Shown: positions 60,582 to 64,000 of the stretch, one piece after another
Position numbering within the stretch: the first letter of the stretch is position 1
Layout: each line of letters begins with the position of its first letter
Assembly (NCBI GenBank): GCA_003249555.1
Contig: QKIQ01000017.1
Location: forward strand, 5,937 to 69,936
DNA from: Clostridia bacterium
Lineage (GTDB): Bacteria; Bacillota; Clostridia; Christensenellales; SZUA-584
Reading direction: 5' to 3'
DNA length: 64,000 nucleotides
Translations under genes and position numbers: made by a program
Notes under the pieces: model-generated
The model's input: the letters and a program-made list of their open reading frames with translations, nothing else
Database searches by the model: none
What the model was told of the DNA's origin: nothing

Positions 60582-61216
60582 AGTGTTTAATTGTTGCGGG
60601 CGGCGTTTCTCCTTGCAAAGCGGACCTGTATAAGCATATCAATGACGCTGATTTTGTGATAGCGGTTGACGGTGCCGCCGATATATTCGACAAATATACA
60701 TTATTTCCGGATTATATTATTGGAGACATTGATACTGCTGATATTAACAGCGTTTCAAGGCTTGAAACTAGTGGTTCGTCAGTCATTAAACTCCAAAGAG
60801 CAAAAAACGAAACGGATACGGAAGCTGCCATTAATCACGCGCTTCAAACCGGTGCCCAAGATATCGTCATATTGGGCGCCACGGGACGGCGGATGGATCA
60901 TACGCTTGCCAATATCGCTATGCTTGTTCGTGCGGTGCGTGCTGGCGCTTGCTGCCGTATTATAGATAAATATAACGAGATGTGGGTTGCTACCGGTAAT
61001 CACCGCTTTAGCGGTCGCATCGGACAGACTGTGTCTATTCATCCGTTGACAGGGGATCTACTTGTCAATTCAAAAAATCTTGAATATCCTCTTGATGATC
61101 TTAAGCTTTGTGTCGATTCGTCCAGAGGTGTCAGCAATGTTATTGAAAATAATCCGGTTCACCTATCCATTTCCGGCGGATTTGCGCTTATTGTAAAGAT
61201 TAGAGGCAAAGCGTAA
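60578..61216 (+). CDS. thiN: Thiamine pyrophosphokinase
   Basis: DGAA, GD.D, K..TD.E.A, ILGATG.R.DH.LANI, and the position after rpe as in B. subtilis yloS. Confidence 0.85.
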   Translation: MKCLIVAGGVSPCKADLYKHINDADFVIAVDGAADIFDKYTLFPDYIIGDIDTADINSVSRLETSGSSVIKLQRAKNETDTEAAINHALQTGAQDIVILGATGRRMDHTLANIAMLVRAVRAGACCRIIDKYNEMWVATGNHRFSGRIGQTVSIHPLTGDLLVNSKNLEYPLDDLKLCVDSSRGVSNVIENNPVHLSISGGFALIVKIRGKA

Positions 61217-61283
61217 CACTTCTAATAATCAATTCGTATGATATAGCAGGACCAAATGCAGTATCGCTCACGGAGGTGATAAC

Positions 61284-61448
61284 ATGTTGTGCGGCAACTG
61301 TATCATGCGTAGACTCATCGCTGGCTTTATTATCATTATCGGCATCATTTTATTAATCTGTTTTATGCCGTATTGGATGTGGCTTGCGTTGCTTGGGGTG
61401 GCGCTCATCGCTGCAGGATGTTTTTTCTTTCTTAAGAAATTATGCTGA
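61284..61448 (+). CDS. Unannotated 54-codon Cys-rich two-TM micro-protein (hypothetical)
   Basis: ATG 61284 lies 6 nt after GGAGGTGA. Translation MLCGNCIMRRLIAGFIIIIGIILLICFMPYWMWLALLGVALIAAGCFFFLKKLC. It ends 15 nt before the SpoVM-like ORF. Below the ORF-track length cutoff. Confidence 0.45.
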   Translation: MLCGNCIMRRLIAGFIIIIGIILLICFMPYWMWLALLGVALIAAGCFFFLKKLC

Positions 61449-61463
61449 TTTTTGGAGGTGGAG

Positions 61464-61532
61464 ATGTTGAGGATTTATTGTTTCAAAGCGCCGCGAGTAT
61501 TGCGCGGGCTACTCAGAAAGCTTTTTAAATAA
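61464..61532 (+). CDS. spoVM: SpoVM-like 22-aa amphipathic spore-coat morphogenetic peptide
   Basis: ATG about 5 nt after GGAGGTGGAG. MLRIYCFKAPRVLRGLLRKLFK aligns with B. subtilis SpoVM MKFYTIKLPKFLGGIVRAML.. (pattern Y-x-[IF]-K-x-P-[KR]-x-L-x-G-x-x-R). Same thiN|rpmB position as B. subtilis spoVM. Confidence 0.65.
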   Translation: MLRIYCFKAPRVLRGLLRKLFK

Positions 61533-61543
61533 AGCATACATAA

Positions 61544-61601
61544 GGGGCTGCCTAAAACAAAGGAACAATACGCATTTTGTTTCGATTCTCATGCAGCCCC
61601 C
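61544..61601. other. Long interrupted stem-loop of unknown function between spoVM and rpmB
   Basis: GGGGCTGC (61544-61551) pairs with GCAGCCCC (61593-61600). An inner AAACAAA/TTTGTTT stem is present. No T tract follows on the + strand. Confidence 0.35.
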
Positions 61602-61650
61602 AAAAGCATGAAAGAAAAGCTGAGATGTTTGGTATTCTGTTATAGCAAAA

Positions 61651-61682
61651 GGACCGCCTATACATAAGGCAGTCCTGTTTTT
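61651..61682. terminator. Bidirectional rho-independent terminator shared by convergent spoVM and rpmB
   Basis: GGACCGCC-TATACATAA-GGCAGTCC (one mismatch), flanked by AAAA upstream and TGTTTTT downstream. Confidence 0.6.
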
Positions 61683-61701
61683 GGTCAATTTATGAACGCG
61701 A

Positions 61702-61890
61702 TTATCCGCGGGTTACCTTACCTGAACGCAGGCACCTTGTGCAGACATACATTCTTTTCGGAGCGCCGTCAACAACTGCACGAACACGCTGAACATTAGG
61801 CGACCATGTTCTTCTGCTTTTTCTGTTGGAATGGCTGACAGTGTTTCCCGATACGATGCCCTTTTTGCATACCTCGCAATATTTTGCCAT
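61702..61890 (-). CDS. rpmB: 50S ribosomal protein L28 (Zn-ribbon C+ form)
   Basis: MAKYCEVCKK....GN.VSHSN.K..R.W.PN.Q.VR with CxxC...CxxC. Confidence 0.95.
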   Translation of the reverse strand: MAKYCEVCKKGIVSGNTVSHSNRKSRRTWSPNVQRVRAVVDGAPKRMYVCTRCLRSGKVTRG

Positions 61891-61933
61891 TGTTTTACAC
61901 CTCTCTCCTTAACCCAAAAATAGCACGAAAAAT

Positions 61934-61962
61934 ATTTTATCATTGAAGATACTATTTTGCAA
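61934..61962 (-). promoter_or_regulatory. Candidate sigma-A promoter for rpmB
   Basis: On the minus strand: TTGCAA, 17 nt, TAAAAT, with TGA extended -10. Confidence 0.45.
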
Positions 61963-62001
61963 GATGAAATCTTAAATTTTCGTTTCATTTCTTCAAAATA
62001 C

Positions 62002-62030
62002 TTGACGCGAATACAAAAACACGATAGATT
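62002..62030 (+). promoter_or_regulatory. Candidate sigma-A promoter for yloU-yloV
   Basis: TTGACG, 17 nt, TAGATT. Confidence 0.4.
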
Positions 62031-62075
62031 AAATTCGCCGGTTTATTACGGTAATGACTGCAAGGAGGCTTTTCG

Positions 62076-62426
62076 ATGGCTGTCATACAGCAAAAATCAT
62101 TCGGGAAGATCGTATATTCCGATGAATTTCTTTCAAATCTTGCCGGATTGGCATCAATGGATTGTTATGGAATCGTGGGAATGGCTTCTCAAAAGGCGAT
62201 GGATGGCATTGTCGAGCTGCTTAAGGGCGAGAATTTGAACAAAGGTGTAAAAATCACAACAGAAAACGATGTGGTAAGAATACATCTTTTTGTGATCGTG
62301 GAATACGGCGTATCTATTTCCGCCGTTGCATCAAATGTCATAGATACTGTCAAATACAAAGTCGAAAAAATCACCGGTTTGAACGTGGATAAAGTCGATG
62401 TGACAGTCAACGGCATCAGGGTTTAG
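62076..62426 (+). CDS. yloU: Asp23/Gls24-family protein (YloU-like)
   Basis: GKIVYSDEFLSNLAGLASMDCYGIVGM and the position opposite rpmB, ahead of a DAK2 gene. Confidence 0.85.
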   Translation: MAVIQQKSFGKIVYSDEFLSNLAGLASMDCYGIVGMASQKAMDGIVELLKGENLNKGVKITTENDVVRIHLFVIVEYGVSISAVASNVIDTVKYKVEKITGLNVDKVDVTVNGIRV

Positions 62427-62437
62427 GGGGAAATGAC

Positions 62438-64000
62438 ATGCAAGAGAGGTTAACCGGCGAGCTTTTTAAAGACATGGTTTTATCAGCTGCCGCTTTACTC
62501 GATAAGAATAAGAAGGGATTGAATGCCCTTAATGTTTTCCCGGTTCCGGACGGCGATACGGGAACCAATATGTCACTGACGATGATGTCAGCTGTCAAAG
62601 AAGTGAGATCGGCAGATACATCAAAAATCAATTCTGTTGGTGACGCACTTTCACTTGGAGCACTTAAAGGAGCAAGAGGAAATTCGGGCGTTATTCTTTC
62701 ACAGCTTTTTCGCGGGCTGTCCAAAAGTCTTACGGATCTAGAAACTGCAGGGCCTACAGACTTCGCCAAAGCCATGCAGGAGGGCGTTGATGCGGCTTAT
62801 AAAGCTGTCATGAAACCAAAAGAAGGCACAATACTGACTGTGGCAAGGGAAATGGCCAAAGCGGCTCTAAGAAGTGCGTCCAAGGGCGATAATATTTATA
62901 TGCTCATTGATGCCGTATTAGAAAACGGTACTCAGACGCTGCTGAAAACACCGGATATGCTGCCGGTGCTTAAAGAAGCGGGCGTCGTGGATGCGGGCGG
63001 TAAAGGTCTGCTCGTGATATACCGTGGCTTCAAAATGGCATTAGACGGCGAAGCCATCACGGATAATATAGAATTTGAACCGGAAACAACTGTTGATTTT
63101 TCGAATGCAGTCGGTTCGGAAGACATTGAATTTGGCTATTGTACAGAATTTTTTATAAAAAATATTCACGAATCCGTGACTCAGGACGATATTGATCGTT
63201 ACCGTGAAAAGCTTATGAAGATCGGCGATTGCGTACTGGTTGTAGGCGATCTTCAGCTTATTAAAACGCATGTCCATACAAATGTGCCGGGCAAAGCCCT
63301 ACAATTTGCTTTAAGATTTGGTGATCTTTCACGTATTAAAATTGATAATATGAGAGAACAGCATACGGAGCTGTTTGATCATGAAAACGATCCTGAAGAA
63401 ACTGCGCCCAAGCCGGATAAAGAGATGGCCGTTGTCACGGTCGCAGCCGGTTCTGGTTTTGTCAATATATTTAAAGAATTCATGGTGGATGAGATTGTTG
63501 AGGGCGGACAGACGATGAATCCGTCGGCAGAAACCATAAATAATGCAATTGAGAAGGCTCCGTCAAACAACGTGTTTGTTTTTCCAAACAATAAGAACAT
63601 CATTCTTGCCGCAGAACAGGCTGCTCAGTTTTCCACCAAAAACGTGCAGGTCATACCGTCGCGTTCATTTCCGCAGGGAATTACAGGCGTTCTTGCGTTT
63701 AATCCCGATCTTGATTTCGAAGAAAACGCAAAGCGAATGAAGAAAGCCATCACCACGGTAAAAACCGGGCAAGTTACCAACGCTGTGCGTGAATCAAAAG
63801 TTAACGGCAATACAATAAAGAAAGGTGAACTAATCGGCATACTCGATGGGGATATCACGTGTCATACGGGCGATATGTTTGATATATGCCGACTCTTGTT
63901 AAAAGATATGGTCACTGACGATGACAGCGTTATAACAATCTTCTACGGCGAAGACGTCACGGAAGAGCTTGCGAATCAGATCGGCGATATGGTTCGAGAC
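62438..64000 (+). CDS. yloV: DAK2 (DhaL-like) domain protein YloV-like / fatty-acid-kinase-related; 3' end outside window
   Basis: ATG 62438 follows AGGGGGAAA. N.FPVPDGDTGTNM, GARGNSGVILSQ. The frame is open for 521 codons to the window end and is absent from the ORF track because no stop falls in the window. Confidence 0.88.
   Translation, partial: MQERLTGELFKDMVLSAAALLDKNKKGLNALNVFPVPDGDTGTNMSLTMMSAVKEVRSADTSKINSVGDALSLGALKGARGNSGVILSQLFRGLSKSLTDLETAGPTDFAKAMQEGVDAAYKAVMKPKEGTILTVAREMAKAALRSASKGDNIYMLIDAVLENGTQTLLKTPDMLPVLKEAGVVDAGGKGLLVIYRGFKMALDGEAITDNIEFEPETTVDFSNAVGSEDIEFGYCTEFFIKNIHESVTQDDIDRYREKLMKIGDCVLVVGDLQLIKTHVHTNVPGKALQFALRFGDLSRIKIDNMREQHTELFDHENDPEETAPKPDKEMAVVTVAAGSGFVNIFKEFMVDEIVEGGQTMNPSAETINNAIEKAPSNNVFVFPNNKNIILAAEQAAQFSTKNVQVIPSRSFPQGITGVLAFNPDLDFEENAKRMKKAITTVKTGQVTNAVRESKVNGNTIKKGELIGILDGDITCHTGDMFDICRLLLKDMVTDDDSVITIFYGEDVTEELANQIGDMVRD

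Noticed and set aside
61544-61602. tRNA-like appearance (7-8 bp terminal stem, internal TTCGATTC resembling a T-loop)
   Set aside because: It is only about 59 nt. No D-arm, anticodon arm or T-stem can be drawn, and no CCA or proper discriminator context is present. It is kept only as a generic stem-loop.
61713-62238. 91-aa (minus) and 93-aa (plus) ORFs overlapping rpmB and yloU
   Set aside because: They are alternative frames of, or span the promoters of, clearly identified genes. They have no RBS and no motifs.
1-64000. Search by eye for CRISPR arrays, IS elements or inverted terminal repeats, integrases, phage genes, toxin-antitoxin pairs, restriction-modification or other defence modules, and tRNA/rRNA genes
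   Set aside because: None were found. Every ORF over 100 aa that is not a shadow ORF has a housekeeping or sporulation assignment, or is one of the single hypothetical genes listed. No novel multi-gene system can be supported from this window.

Overview
The window is an almost unbroken, co-directional run of about 85 core genes; only two CDS are on the minus strand. It comes from an endospore-forming Firmicute. The gene content looks Clostridia-like, but the gene order is strikingly Bacillus-like. Order of blocks:
- glpK (5' end cut by the window) and a DUF3089-like hydrolase
- spoIIIAA-AH
- asp23-amaP-DUF2273-nusB
- a Kae1/TsaD-like paralog
- folD-xseA-xseB-ispA
- sigG and ylmC
- nrdR-pgeF plus an OmpR/PhoR-like two-component pair
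- rimP-nusA-ylxR-ylxQ-infB-rbfA-nrnA-truB-ribF
- a LUD-domain gene (minus strand)
- lepA-hemW
- CIRCE-hrcA-grpE-dnaK-dnaJ-prmA-rsmE-mtaB
- hit
- galU-ahcY-mtaD, a lipoprotein, and gatCAB
- yicC-remA-gmk-rpoZ-coaBC-priA-def-def-fmt-rsmB-rlmN-stp-prkC-rsgA-rpe-thiN
- two micro-ORFs missing from the ORF track, one of them SpoVM-like
- rpmB (minus strand)
- yloU-yloV (3' end cut by the window)

I found no rRNA or tRNA genes, CRISPR arrays, transposases, integrases, phage genes or recognisable defence genes. All calls rest on motif recognition by eye and on synteny; no searches were run.

I do not see a convincing novel multi-gene system. This is ordinary core genome with a handful of local oddities. 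The best leads are:
- the unannotated micro-ORF pair at 61284-61532
- a Kae1/TsaD paralog inserted in the conserved nusB|folD junction
- a SpoIIIAF that lacks its soluble ring-building domain
- tandem def paralogs
- a near-perfect 39-bp repeat array inside infB
- a promoter-plus-terminator leader ahead of rimP-nusA
- a translationally coupled ahcY-mtaD pair
- an uncharacterised AMIN/SPOR/beta-propeller-like lipoprotein
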